Shown here: positions 8,828-18,677 of the stretch, one piece after another
Layout: each line of letters begins with the position of its first letter
Numbering within the stretch: the first letter of the stretch is position 1
Assembly: GCA_934247935.1 (NCBI GenBank)
Contig: CAKQKE010000003.1
Coordinates: forward strand, 12,964-76,963
Length of the DNA stretch: 64,000 nt
Reading direction: 5' to 3'
Source: an uncultured Clostridia bacterium
Lineage (GTDB): Bacteria > Bacillota > Clostridia > Christensenellales > Borkfalkiaceae
Translations under genes and position numbers: made by a program
Notes under the pieces: model-generated
Databases searched by the model: none
Seen by the model: only the letters and a program-made list of their open reading frames with translations
Told to the model about the DNA's origin: nothing

Positions 8828-9138
8828 ATACACCTTTTATTACCGCCTTGGTTTGCGGCTTTAAACCGCCTCGCAAGGCGTGAAATTTTGTTGCTTATAC
8901 ATTGTCTATAATACCGATTATCGAGCGCAATTCGCCGATTTTAAACCGATGCAACCAATTTTATATGTCGGCGGGCAACTTCCCTTGCATAAACACTTTT
9001 ACTTATTAAACTCACGCAATATGGACCCGCTGCATAATTTTTCTCGCAAGCGTTTTAACCATCGGCTCGAATACAGTTATATTCAAACACGACTCCCCGA
9101 TAAACAACAGATAAGACTATTAAATTAATTTATTAATA

Positions 9139-9175
9139 TCAAAAAAGCGTCCCGAGAAAAATCTTGAGACGCTTT
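9139..9175 (-). terminator. Rho-independent terminator after 9192..11864
   Basis: AAGCGTC...GACGCTT stem followed by TTTTTTGAT on the minus strand. Confidence 0.7.
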
Positions 9176-9191
9176 AAGTGTTTTTTAAATA

Positions 9192-11864
9192 TTAGTCGGC
9201 GTAATCGATTTGCACCTTGTAAGCAAACGAACCGTCGCCCGTAATTTGCTTGTCACTGCTTCCGACGTACTTCATACCGCTTCTCGTCATAACCGCGTCG
9301 ATAAGTTGAAGAGCAAGAATCTTGTCTGCCTCTTCTTTAACGACAAGCATAGACGGTACCTGGCTGTAGTTTTTGTCGTCGCCTACATACACGAGTTGAT
9401 CGTTTGCGGTGGGTTCTACAGCAAGATAAAGTTTGATTTCGTCGTCTTCTTTGACGAGTTTTACAAGATATCTTCCGTCGTAGAATCTTACAACGTTGTA
9501 ATCGAATACCTGATAACCGTTGACGTACTTACGAATTTCTTTCGCATATCTGTCGAGTTTGGTATCTTCGCTTTCTTTTCTTACGATAAACGCAAAACCG
9601 TTGAGTCTTTCCGATTCGGACGACTTGATGGCCGTGGGTGCATATGCGCCTTTAACAAATCCGTAATAAGTCATTACGTCTTTTATTACAGCAAGTGCTT
9701 CGTTAAACGTAACGTCGTTTGTAACGGAGAATTTAACGGGAGCGTCTTTGCAATTTTCATTTTTAACGTATTCTGCTTCGTGCTCTTTTTCAATGAGTTT
9801 CTTTACGTCTTTGCTGAAGTACAACGCAACTTTACCGTCTTGCATAAACATACGGGCAATAAGCACGTTGCCGCCTTTTTTAGAGATAGTATTGTCTTTA
9901 TCGTCGTGCTCGTAAGTGAGCATAGCCGCCTTCAACGCGTCGAAATATTGTACGACTTTGTCGTTACCTACAGTACCTTTAGTCCATTTAGCATAAACTT
10001 TTATGTTTTTACGTCTGCTGCAGTAAAGACTGATAAATCTCGAAGTGTAAGCCTTATCGGAGTACCAGCCGCCGAATACGTAACCTTCGCGCTTGGGATT
10101 TTCGGGAGTTTCCCAATATTCGCACTTTCTTGCTTTAACCGATTTTACTTTGCTGCCACCCATACTGTTGAACGAAAGTTTGTACTTGCAGTTGCGGAGA
10201 CAGATAAACAAAATCACGAAGAAAAGTATCAAAACGAAAATAATCGATATGTAGAAGAAGGGGTTTGTAAATATACTTCCTTCGTCGAAACCGAGTTTTG
10301 AAGTAAGTCTTTGCCACCAATTCGCACCTTCTGCAGTAGCGGCGCAAATGGCAAACGGACTGAAATGGTTTGTGGTAAACATTAAAACGTTGTCCTCCTC
10401 TTTTATTTGAGCGTCATAATCGTTGTCGTCAAGTTTGAGATTTCCGAGATAATATACTACTTGAAGGCTGTCTTTATATTTGACTATATCTTTTACGTCG
10501 TCGAGCGAAATTACAACCAAATATTGCGTTTGTCCGTCGAATTCGTCGAGATATCTGCCGTCCTGAAGTATTTTTATGTTGATATAATATACGACTCTTA
10601 CTTTTCTGTAATCTTCGTTGTCCGAATTTTTAAGCGCGGTGTTAGTGTTCGTCTTGTAAGCCTTAAATCTATAGTCTTTTGCAACGACTTCCGCCTCGGG
10701 CGAAAACGCGTAAGGATTGTCGGAAATAACAGTGATTTTGTAAGGACTTCCTTCCGCGGTTTTTACGGTGTTTACGTTGACGGGAATATTCGCTATGTCG
10801 GTATCGAATTGGTTTTTCGCATTTTCCATTTCGCTTATGAGTGCCGTAGCGTATATCGCGTCTCTCGCAGTCTTTTTACAGTCGTTTATTTTTTGAACGT
10901 TGGCCTCGGAATAATGAGTCAGGTCTACGTTGGCAATAATGTTGTGTTCGTAAAAATACTTTCTGTAATATTTCAAAATCGAAAGATAACTGTCGATATT
11001 TTCTTTTTTAATCTCTTCGTCGGTTGCGCTTTGATAGAAATTGATGGCATTTTTTGCATCTTCAGAACAATCGACGGGGTTTTCGGCAGTTTCGTTGTAA
11101 GTGATGTCGTTGATGACTTCCTGAATTACCGTCAACACCGATTTTACTCTTGCGACGTACTCGCTGTACTTTTGCTCGATAGCGGCTTCGGTCTGAGCGG
11201 CGTTTACTTTCTCGATATACTCGCTCAACAACTCGTCAAGCGTTTGTATATTTGTTTGAGAATAAAAGCCGGAATCTTTTCTCTCTTCATCCATCGCCTG
11301 CATTTTTTCGATTTTCACCTGTTTTGCGTCCGTCAAATCAACTACGGTGATTTTAGAAACATTTGCCATAGCGTCTAAAGTTTCTTGTTTTTTAGTCGCG
11401 GCATATTCGGCATTGAGGTTGTTTGACTCGTAAAGCGCAGAGATTTGCAAGTCGGCAATCGCCTCGGTATAAAACTTTGTCAACTTGTTGTAGTTTAACT
11501 CGGTATAATCTCCGCTGTAATAAGCCTCGTATGCGGTTTTAATCTCTTCTGCCTTGCTTTCGATATCGCCTAAAAGTTGCATTTTAGACAATGCGCTTTG
11601 CAAAAGAGTATTAACTCTTCCGTCATCCGTTGCCGACGATATTCTGTCTTTATACTCTTCGAAATAACTTTCTAAAGCGGACTGTCCGTTTACAAGCACA
11701 AGTTTGCCGTCGTACGTCTCGTACTGCGTTTGTAACTGAGTCAACGCGTCGCTTTTAGCGTCTGCAAAAACGCCTGTCGCCTGACACATAAACGCCGAAA
11801 TCGCCATTGCTATTATCAACAATAACAAAAACGGTTTTTTTGCATTTGCCCTTTTTGCGTACAT
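9192..11864 (-). CDS. Large membrane-anchored protein of unknown function: signal peptide, helical ectodomain, Ig-like region, one TM, then a Flg_new-type repeat and two related C-terminal domains
   Basis: The N-terminus FLLLLIIAMAISAFMCQATGVFA is signal-like. The TM segment FFYISIIFVLILFFVILFICL is about two-thirds of the way in. REGYVFGGWYSDKAYT is a Listeria-Bacteroides repeat. Start moved to ATG 11864 (AAGGAG 9 nt upstream). Confidence 0.7.
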   Translation of the reverse strand: MYAKRANAKKPFLLLLIIAMAISAFMCQATGVFADAKSDALTQLQTQYETYDGKLVLVNGQSALESYFEEYKDRISSATDDGRVNTLLQSALSKMQLLGDIESKAEEIKTAYEAYYSGDYTELNYNKLTKFYTEAIADLQISALYESNNLNAEYAATKKQETLDAMANVSKITVVDLTDAKQVKIEKMQAMDEERKDSGFYSQTNIQTLDELLSEYIEKVNAAQTEAAIEQKYSEYVARVKSVLTVIQEVINDITYNETAENPVDCSEDAKNAINFYQSATDEEIKKENIDSYLSILKYYRKYFYEHNIIANVDLTHYSEANVQKINDCKKTARDAIYATALISEMENAKNQFDTDIANIPVNVNTVKTAEGSPYKITVISDNPYAFSPEAEVVAKDYRFKAYKTNTNTALKNSDNEDYRKVRVVYYINIKILQDGRYLDEFDGQTQYLVVISLDDVKDIVKYKDSLQVVYYLGNLKLDDNDYDAQIKEEDNVLMFTTNHFSPFAICAATAEGANWWQRLTSKLGFDEGSIFTNPFFYISIIFVLILFFVILFICLRNCKYKLSFNSMGGSKVKSVKARKCEYWETPENPKREGYVFGGWYSDKAYTSRFISLYCSRRKNIKVYAKWTKGTVGNDKVVQYFDALKAAMLTYEHDDKDNTISKKGGNVLIARMFMQDGKVALYFSKDVKKLIEKEHEAEYVKNENCKDAPVKFSVTNDVTFNEALAVIKDVMTYYGFVKGAYAPTAIKSSESERLNGFAFIVRKESEDTKLDRYAKEIRKYVNGYQVFDYNVVRFYDGRYLVKLVKEDDEIKLYLAVEPTANDQLVYVGDDKNYSQVPSMLVVKEEADKILALQLIDAVMTRSGMKYVGSSDKQITGDGSFAYKVQIDYAD

Positions 11865-11987
11865 ATCTTTCAACTCCTTAATTTTGTTGCTATATATTCG
11901 GGTTGTAATCTATTAATATTATAACACAGTAATATAATATCACAAATAACGACCGATTTCAATGCTTTTTCAATAAATTTTTGACAA

Positions 11988-12013
11988 ATTTACTCAATAT
12001 GTATGCTGTTTTT
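11988..12013. repeat. Copy D (diverged, ATATGTAT core) of the palindrome family
   Basis: ATTTACTCAATATGTATGCTGTTTTT. Confidence 0.5.
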
Positions 12014-12353
12014 GCGTCAAAACGCGTTATTTTGCCATTACTGTGGGCAATAAATTATTATTTATTATTGTTTTTTGATTTTAAAGCGGCTTTATCGCTT
12101 TTATAAAAAAGTGCCATATAGGTCGATTTTGCGATATTTAACAAATTTTGTCTTTTATTTGAAATTGTATAAAATTATTGAATTTGCCGATAATTTACTT
12201 TTTAAGGTCGCCGAGTTGAATTTTTTTATCGATGAAAAAAGCAGTGATTTATACTTTTCTTTCGCGCTTGTTTTTGGCTTGATTTTGTGCAAATCGTTTA
12301 TCTTTGCGGGTGTGTTTTTTTCATCAAAACGTCACGATTTAAAGTTTTGCAAG

Positions 12354-12380
12354 CAAAAAGTCCGCCTTAAAAAGCGGACT
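12354..12380 (-). terminator. Terminator after the GT2 gene
   Basis: AGTCCGC-N8-GCGGACT followed by TTTTGC on the minus strand. Confidence 0.7.
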
Positions 12381-12403
12381 GATTTTTATCATTTATTCAC
12401 AAT

Positions 12404-13333
12404 TTAATTGTCGTTCAGGTTGTCTTTTTCGGTCTCTTTTACGATATAAACGGGGCGGGATTTTACCTCGGTAAACGTCTTTTTTACGTACTCGCCCAAT
12501 ATACCCACGCCGAAAAACAGCAGCCCGAATAAAAACAAAACCACGGGCAAAACAATGAACAACTCGGTCACGGTATACCCCGTCGCAACCCATACTATAT
12601 CTAAAACGACAAAAATTAAAGTAGCAAGCATACACAAAGCCGACAAAACGAAATTGTATTTAAGCGGCGCGGTGGAAAAGTCTTCGAGACCGCCCAAAGC
12701 GTATTTGGTGAGCGTTTTTACGCTCCACTTGCTTCCTCCCGCAACTCTGTCCACACTTTCGTATTCGAGCCATTTCACATTGAAACCGACCCAGTTGAAT
12801 ATGCCCTTTATAAAACGTTCTTTTTCGCATAAAGATAGCACGGCGTCGGTCATCTTCCTTGTCATAAGGCGAAAATCGCGCTCTCCTTCGGTCATATGCA
12901 CGTCGCTCATTTTGTTGACTATGCCATAAAAAATTTTCGATAAAAAGGCAACTCTGCCCTTCCTTTTGGTCCTTTTACACGCAACGCAGTCATATCCTTC
13001 TTCGGTAATGCCTTTATACATATCGATAAGCAGTTCGGGCTTGTCCTGAAGGTCGACGTCCATAAGCGAAACAAAATCGCCCATAGCCGCCTTTAAACCG
13101 GCGTACATCGCCGCCTCTTTGCCGAAATTCCTCGAAAAAGAAATAAACCTTACTTGTTTGTCCTTTTTCGCCAAATCTTTAATTATCGACAAGGTTTTGT
13201 CTTTGCTGCCGTCGTCGACGAAAATAAACTCGAACTCCTCCGGGATTTTTTCCCTGACCGGCTTCATCGCCTCGTAATATTTTTCTATACACTGCTCTTC
13301 GTTGTAACACGGTACAACCAAACTGATTTTCAT
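12404..13333 (-). CDS. Family 2 glycosyltransferase, GtrB/CsbB-like polyprenol-phosphate hexosyltransferase
   Basis: SLVVPCYNEE...FIFVDDGSKDKT and DVDLQD motifs, plus two C-terminal TM helices. Confidence 0.85.
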   Translation of the reverse strand: MKISLVVPCYNEEQCIEKYYEAMKPVREKIPEEFEFIFVDDGSKDKTLSIIKDLAKKDKQVRFISFSRNFGKEAAMYAGLKAAMGDFVSLMDVDLQDKPELLIDMYKGITEEGYDCVACKRTKRKGRVAFLSKIFYGIVNKMSDVHMTEGERDFRLMTRKMTDAVLSLCEKERFIKGIFNWVGFNVKWLEYESVDRVAGGSKWSVKTLTKYALGGLEDFSTAPLKYNFVLSALCMLATLIFVVLDIVWVATGYTVTELFIVLPVVLFLFGLLFFGVGILGEYVKKTFTEVKSRPVYIVKETEKDNLNDN

Positions 13334-13453
13334 TGAAACGCTTGCTCCGAAATCGTTTTTAAAATATTATCCGCAATATCTAAAATTAATAAACGCATAT
13401 TTTGTTTAAAAACGCTTTAAAATGATTTTTGCAAATTTTATTTTTACTATAAA

Positions 13454-13482
13454 ATTATATCATTGCGCCGCAATTTTGTCAA
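13454..13482 (-). promoter_or_regulatory. Consensus promoter TTGACA-17-TATAAT upstream of the GT2 gene
   Basis: On the minus strand, TTGACA is at 13482-13477 and TATAAT at 13459-13454. This implies a 5' UTR of about 120 nt. Confidence 0.6.
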
Positions 13483-13782
13483 TAGTTGACCGAGTATTGC
13501 CAAACGAGTAAACCCCGCGTCGCCGAAAATGAATAACGAAAAAGTCGTCGCTTTATATTTGCCGCAACCGCCTTTTATTGCGTTTAACCCTCAACAGTCT
13601 TTTATTCTCGCTCGGCTACCACAAGAAATGCTTAAAATATTGTTGAAATTTAACCGTAAAACAACTTTAATCGTTGCAAGTTTTGCACCGTTAAAGCGCA
13701 AATTAAGCAAAAAACTTTTTCAAATTGTCACAAAATCAAAAAGTGCACCGTTTGAAAAAGTTTTATTATTGCTAAATATTCT

Positions 13783-14391
13783 TTATGTTTTATTTGCCGG
13801 ATTGAAATTTATACACGTTTGAATTATTTTAATAATCTCGTCTATGGACGTAATGCAATCGGTCCTTATCCACTCGTTTACGACCGCCTGTATTCCGTTT
13901 AAATAAAACATCATCATATAATTGCGCTTTTCTGTCGGCACGCCGAATTTCTCCATAACCGGCGAAAAAACCCTGCCAAATAGTTCTTGATATCTCTCTA
14001 CGCTTTGAAAAAGCATTACATGTTTTATCGCAACCATATAAGTGCGTTTATTTTCTTTGACATAATTTAAATAAGCATATAAATACTTATCGGTAAAAAA
14101 ATACAAATCCGATTTGTCGGCGGTTTTTAAGTTTTTTAAGGCGTTGTCCGTTTTTCCTTCGTCGATTTCGTTCATATAATTCATGAAACGATTGTGTATA
14201 AATGCCACGTTTTCTTCAAGCAAATCGGTCATATTTTCATAATGCAAATAAAACGTAGACCTGTTTACTCCCGCTTTGTCGCATATTTCCTTTACCGTGA
14301 TATACTCGAAATCCTTTTTATCGAGCAGTTCAATCAACGCCTCGTCCATAAGACAAGCGGTATTAAAATATTTGCTTTCGGATTTATTCAT
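13783..14391 (-). CDS. TetR/AcrR family transcriptional regulator
   Basis: ITVKEICDKAGVNRSTFYLHYENMTDLL is a TetR HTH. Start at ATG 14391 (AAGAGG RBS). Confidence 0.85.
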   Translation of the reverse strand: MNKSESKYFNTACLMDEALIELLDKKDFEYITVKEICDKAGVNRSTFYLHYENMTDLLEENVAFIHNRFMNYMNEIDEGKTDNALKNLKTADKSDLYFFTDKYLYAYLNYVKENKRTYMVAIKHVMLFQSVERYQELFGRVFSPVMEKFGVPTEKRNYMMMFYLNGIQAVVNEWIRTDCITSIDEIIKIIQTCINFNPANKT

Positions 14392-14485
14392 AAAAACCTC
14401 TTTTTTAAACCAAAAACGGCAATTATCTTTTATAAATAGCAACTATTTGAAAACGCAAACTTTACAAGTTTTGAGTTGCGTTTGA

Positions 14486-14842
14486 TTATTTTTCTTCGCT
14501 TATTTCGCTTGCAAGACGAATAATGTCGGCGGCGTATTTCTTTTTACCTATATTTATCAGTTTTTTATAAATAGGATAATTTATACCCGCCATAAGCATA
14601 CCGACAATGCCGATAACGATACCTGAAACCATGGTCGCGGTCGTACCTGCACCGATTATTTTCATCGACAAGCACATTCCCGTACCGAAAACGAGCGCGG
14701 CTATTATGCCGAACGTGTAAGCGAAGACATTTGCCGGCGTTTTTGCCTTTGCGTCCAATTTTTTAAGTTGAATAACCTTTCTTGTGTCTTTAACCGCATA
14801 TTCGTTTGCGATTGCTTCTGCATAAATTTTGTCTGTGTTCAT
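14486..14842 (-). CDS. Small two-TM membrane protein, unknown function
   Basis: 118-aa ORF with two hydrophobic helices. A hairpin (AAACGCAA / TTGCGTTT, about 14449-14480) separates it from tetR. Confidence 0.55.
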   Translation of the reverse strand: MNTDKIYAEAIANEYAVKDTRKVIQLKKLDAKAKTPANVFAYTFGIIAALVFGTGMCLSMKIIGAGTTATMVSGIVIGIVGMLMAGINYPIYKKLINIGKKKYAADIIRLASEISEEK

Positions 14843-15058
14843 AATTTTTACCTCCGTAAGTTTTATTGTGATTACATTATAACCCGTTTTTTACGGAAAC
14901 TGAACAACAACTCGGCTTGAAAATGTCGATTTAAACACAAAACTTAAATTATTTTAAACAAAATTATAAATATACTGACTAATTTTAAATAAAAACACGG
15001 TAAAACGACGCTTAATTTTCTGCTTGCGGCAACGAAAACTTGAATATCAAAAAAATAT

Positions 15059-15089
15059 ACAAAAAACGCCTTTGTGATGCAAAGGCGTT
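15059..15089 (-). terminator. Terminator ending the alpha operon
   Basis: AACGCCTTTG / CAAAGGCGTT stem followed by a T-run on the minus strand. Confidence 0.8.
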
Positions 15090-15104
15090 TTTATTTGTTA
15101 AATG

Positions 15105-15614
15105 TTAGTCAACAAGTTCGAGTTTTGCCATTTCGGCAGCGTCGCCCTTTCTCTCTCCCAAAAGGTAAATACGAGTGTATCCGCCCTTTTGTCCGAGTTT
15201 TTCTGCTCTGTCGGCATACTTGGGAGCAATTTCGTTGAAGATTTTTTCGATAAGGGGATGCTTAACGTCTTGCGTTCTCTCCTTATATTCCTTCTTTGTC
15301 TCACCCTTTCCTTTTACGTCGGGAATATCGTAAGTCAAAGCCATAATCTTTCTTCTTGCAGCCAATTTCTTTGCGCCGTCTTTATATGCTTTTACGCTGA
15401 CTTCTTTACCTTTTTTATCCTTAGTCGTTACGGTTTCTTCAACTGTATCCGTATAAGTGTTTACGGCAAGCGTAATGATTTTTTCAACATAAGACTGCGT
15501 TTCTTTTGCCGTAGCGGCGGTAGTCTTGATGCTGCCGTACCACAAAAGATATGATGCCTGATTTCTTAATACTGCCTTTCTTTCTGTAGATGTCAAACCA
15601 ATTTTTCTCGGCAT
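15105..15614 (-). CDS. rplQ: 50S ribosomal protein L17 (expanded, 169 aa)
   Basis: The N-terminal [13 protein letters not shown] and C-terminal [25 protein letters not shown] match L17. Position directly after rpoA. Confidence 0.9.
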   Translation of the reverse strand: MPRKIGLTSTERKAVLRNQASYLLWYGSIKTTAATAKETQSYVEKIITLAVNTYTDTVEETVTTKDKKGKEVSVKAYKDGAKKLAARRKIMALTYDIPDVKGKGETKKEYKERTQDVKHPLIEKIFNEIAPKYADRAEKLGQKGGYTRIYLLGERKGDAAEMAKLELVD

Positions 15615-15617
15615 TTT

Positions 15618-16562
15618 TTAGTCCTCCTGTTCCTTTAACGATAAACCGTACCCTTGTAATTTTTGAATTACTTCGTCCAAAGATTTTTTACCTAAGTTAC
15701 GTACTTTAAGCATATCGTCGATAGTTTTTTTAGTTAAATCCTCAATTGTGTGAATATTTGCTCTCTTCAAGCAGTTATACGAACGCACCGAAAGTTCCAT
15801 ATCCTCGATGTTTTTCTCGAGAATGGACGCTTTTTGGTCGACAGCGGGCAATTTGAGGATATCAAGTCCGCTCATCGCATCCGTCAAAGTAACGAATAAA
15901 TGAATGTGGTCTTCTATAATTTTTGCAGCAAGACTTACGACTTCTCTTCCCGAGGTCGTGCCGTTTGTCCATACTTCGAGTATAAGTTTGTCTGCTTGGT
16001 TTACTCTTGTACTTTCAACGGTATAACTTGCCTTTTTGACGGGAGAATATATCGAATCGATTGCAATATAACCGATTTCGTCGGTTTTATTGAAATCTGC
16101 GCCTTTATATCCCGTGTCTCTGCCAATCGTGATATCCATATCGATACAAGCACCGCTGTCAACCGTGCAGATATATGCGGTAGGATTTAAAATCGTAATT
16201 TCTGCGTCCTGCGCGATATCGCCCGCGGTAACTACGCAAGGACCTTCTTTATAAAGTCTTACGACTCTTTTATAATTCTGGTCGAGCGATGCGGTCTTAA
16301 TTGCCACGTTTTTAAGATTAAGAATAATATCGGTTACGTCTTCTTTAACCCCGTTAATTGTAGAAAACTCATGCATTACGTTGCCCACGTTGAATTTAAT
16401 TCCTTGTGCGGCAGCGCCGGGTAACGAAGAGAGTAAAGTCCTTCTTAAACAGTTGCCGAGCGTAATGCCGAAACCTTTTTCCAAAGGTTCGACGATTACT
16501 TTCGCATAACTTCTGTCTTCATTCTCTTCTATTTCGATTTTGGGCATTTCTATTTCCATCAT
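15618..16562 (-). CDS. rpoA: DNA-directed RNA polymerase subunit alpha
   Basis: GNCLRRTLLSSLPGAA and C-terminal domain LELSVRSYNCLKRANI. Confidence 0.97.
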   Translation of the reverse strand: MMEIEMPKIEIEENEDRSYAKVIVEPLEKGFGITLGNCLRRTLLSSLPGAAAQGIKFNVGNVMHEFSTINGVKEDVTDIILNLKNVAIKTASLDQNYKRVVRLYKEGPCVVTAGDIAQDAEITILNPTAYICTVDSGACIDMDITIGRDTGYKGADFNKTDEIGYIAIDSIYSPVKKASYTVESTRVNQADKLILEVWTNGTTSGREVVSLAAKIIEDHIHLFVTLTDAMSGLDILKLPAVDQKASILEKNIEDMELSVRSYNCLKRANIHTIEDLTKKTIDDMLKVRNLGKKSLDEVIQKLQGYGLSLKEQED

Positions 16563-16603
16563 AGAAAAAACTTACCTCCTTTAATTTTATGTTAGCAAGT
16601 TAA

Positions 16604-17230
16604 TTACTTCGAATATAACTCGACGATCATTTGTTCGGAGATTTGCGAATCAATGTCCTCTCTTGTCGGTAAAGCAAGAATCTTGCCTTCCAATTTTTCT
16701 GTATCGAATTCTACCCATTTAGCCATGTTGAATTGGTTTTGAGTACCTTTCAATTCCGTAAAATATTTATTATCTTTTCTTCCTTCTTTTACTGCGATTA
16801 CGTCGCCTGCGTTGCAAAGATAAGAAGCGATGTTTACGTTATGTCCGTTTACCGTGAAGTGTCCGTGCGTAACAAGTTGACGCGCCTGAGTTCTCGACGC
16901 CGCGATACCCATTCTGTATACCACGTTGTCGAGTCTTCTTTCAAGCATAACGAGCATGTTTTCACCCGTGATACCCTTCATTCTATCCGCTCTGTTGTAG
17001 TACTCTCTGAATTGTCCTTCGAGTACTCCGTAAATTCTCTTTACCTTTTGCTTCTCGCGAAGTTGCGAGCCGTATTCGGAAATCTTCTTTCTTCCCGCAC
17101 CGTGTTGTCCGGGAGCAACAGGTCTCTTCTCAAACGGGCATTTAGTGCTTCCGCACTTTGCGCCTTTGAGGTTTAACTTAGCACCTTCTCTTCTGCACAA
17201 TCTGCATTTTGCATCTGTATATCTTGCCAT
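16604..17230 (-). CDS. rpsD: 30S ribosomal protein S4 (Cys4 zinc form)
   Basis: [16 protein letters not shown]...[12 protein letters not shown]. Confidence 0.96.
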   Translation of the reverse strand: MARYTDAKCRLCRREGAKLNLKGAKCGSTKCPFEKRPVAPGQHGAGRKKISEYGSQLREKQKVKRIYGVLEGQFREYYNRADRMKGITGENMLVMLERRLDNVVYRMGIAASRTQARQLVTHGHFTVNGHNVNIASYLCNAGDVIAVKEGRKDNKYFTELKGTQNQFNMAKWVEFDTEKLEGKILALPTREDIDSQISEQMIVELYSK

Positions 17231-17248
17231 TTATACCTTACCTCCCTA

Positions 17249-17638
17249 TTAAACTCTACGACGCTTCGGCGGACGACATCCGTTGTGAGGAATCGGGGAA
17301 ACGTCTTGAATAAGCGTAACTTCTATACCGCATACGCCGAGTGCCCTTATAGCGGATTCTCTGCCTTGACCGGGACCCTTTACGTATACTTCAACCGAAC
17401 GAAGTCCGTGCTCTTTTGCTGCGTTTGCCGCAGTTTCCGCTGCTTGTTGAGCCGCAAACGGAGTGCTCTTTCTCGAACCTCTGTAACCGAGTGCGCCTGC
17501 AGAACAATGCGAAATAGCATTGCCGTTCATGTCGGTAATCGTTACGATTGTGTTGTTGAAGGAGGATTGAATATGAACCTGACCTTTATCAACGTTTTTA
17601 TATTCTTTACGTTTTTTTACAACTTTTTTAACAGCCAT
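17249..17638 (-). CDS. rpsK: 30S ribosomal protein S11
   Basis: [19 protein letters not shown]...[11 protein letters not shown]. Confidence 0.96.
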   Translation of the reverse strand: MAVKKVVKKRKEYKNVDKGQVHIQSSFNNTIVTITDMNGNAISHCSAGALGYRGSRKSTPFAAQQAAETAANAAKEHGLRSVEVYVKGPGQGRESAIRALGVCGIEVTLIQDVSPIPHNGCRPPKRRRV

Positions 17639-17656
17639 TATATTTTTACCTCCTTA

Positions 17657-18034
17657 TTATCTTGTTGCAGTCTTCTTCTTAGCGACTGTCTTTCTGGGAC
17701 CTTTTCTTGTCCTTGCATTTCTCTTGGACGATTGACCTCTTACGGGCAATCCTCTTCTATGACGTACGCCTCTATAACAACCTATTTCGATAAGTCTCTT
17801 TACGCTAAGGTTCTTTTCGGACCTGAGTTCGCCTTCAACTTTAAGATTATGGTCGATATACTCTCTGAGTTTTGCTACGTCTTCTTCCGTCAAATCCTTT
17901 ACTCTTGTATCGGGATTAATTCCGGTTTCTTTAATTATCTTCTTTGCTGTAGCCAAACCGATACCGTAAATATAAGTGATACCGATTTCTACACGTTTGT
18001 CTCTTGGTAAATCTACACCGGCAATACGAGCCAT
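17657..18034 (-). CDS. rpsM: 30S ribosomal protein S13
   Basis: [26 protein letters not shown]. Confidence 0.96.
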   Translation of the reverse strand: MARIAGVDLPRDKRVEIGITYIYGIGLATAKKIIKETGINPDTRVKDLTEEDVAKLREYIDHNLKVEGELRSEKNLSVKRLIEIGCYRGVRHRRGLPVRGQSSKRNARTRKGPRKTVAKKKTATR

Positions 18035-18135
18035 TTATGCACCTCCGAAAAATTATCTGAATTTTAATGTATATGTTATTTTCCCGCACTTGTGGTCTGG
18101 AATATACCGCAAACTGCGGAAAATCGTTTTCAAGA

Positions 18136-18252
18136 TTAACCCTGTCTTTGCTTATGGCTCTTGTTTTTAGAACAGATTACCATAACTTTGCCTTCTCTTT
18201 TAATTACGCGGCATTTATCGCACATGGGTTTCACTGATGGTCTTACTTTCAT
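18136..18252 (-). CDS. rpmJ: 50S ribosomal protein L36
   Basis: Below the track size cutoff. Hand translation gives [38 protein letters not shown]. Confidence 0.93.
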   Translation of the reverse strand: MKVRPSVKPMCDKCRVIKREGKVMVICSKNKSHKQRQG

Positions 18253-18291
18253 TTTTTATTCCTCCGATAATTAGTTGTTTTGTAAAAAACT

Positions 18292-18513
18292 TCAGGATTT
18301 ACTACGCCAAATAATTCTGCCCTTGGTCAAATCATACGGGCTCATTTCAAGTTTTACCGAATCCCCCGGAATGATTTTTATATAATTCATTCTGAGTTTT
18401 CCCGAAATGTAAGCGGTAATGATATGTCCGTTGGACAACTTTACCTTAAATGTTGCATTAGGCAGGGACTCAATAATTGTTCCCTCTGTCTCCATTACAT
18501 CATCTTTAGACAA
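18292..18513 (-). CDS. infA: Translation initiation factor IF-1 (TTG start)
   Basis: [25 protein letters not shown]...RIIWR, with GGAGGG 8 nt before the TTG. Confidence 0.95.
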   Translation of the reverse strand: MSKDDVMETEGTIIESLPNATFKVKLSNGHIITAYISGKLRMNYIKIIPGDSVKLEMSPYDLTKGRIIWRSKS

Positions 18514-18619
18514 TATATATTCCCTCCGTTTTTTGTTTGTTATGCTTCGACTTCATCCTCTTTACGCTGAAAGAGTTTACACGCCATCAGCATGAATGAA
18601 CTTCATATAGAAGTTTCCG

Positions 18620-18650
18620 TTTATCCGCGGCGGCAATCGCCGCGGATAAA
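18620..18650 (-). other. 13-bp GC-rich stem-loop in the adk-infA spacer, with no U-run
   Basis: TTTATCCGCGGCG-N5-CGCCGCGGATAAA. Confidence 0.6.
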
Positions 18651-18677
18651 CTATAAAACTAATTTTAACCTTTGAGG

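Noticed and set aside
9210-11378. Long antisense ORFs of 363 aa (9210..10301 +) and 323 aa (10407..11378 +) opposite the 890-aa gene.
   Set aside because: Their composition is Phe/Val/Arg-rich junk with no RBS and no motifs. They are open only because the sense strand rarely uses TTA/CTA/TCA codons in that register.
12075-12407. 110-aa ORF in the gap between 11864 and the GT2 gene.
   Set aside because: Low-complexity Phe/Lys/Leu-rich sequence with no RBS. It runs across the GT2 terminator and is likely non-coding.
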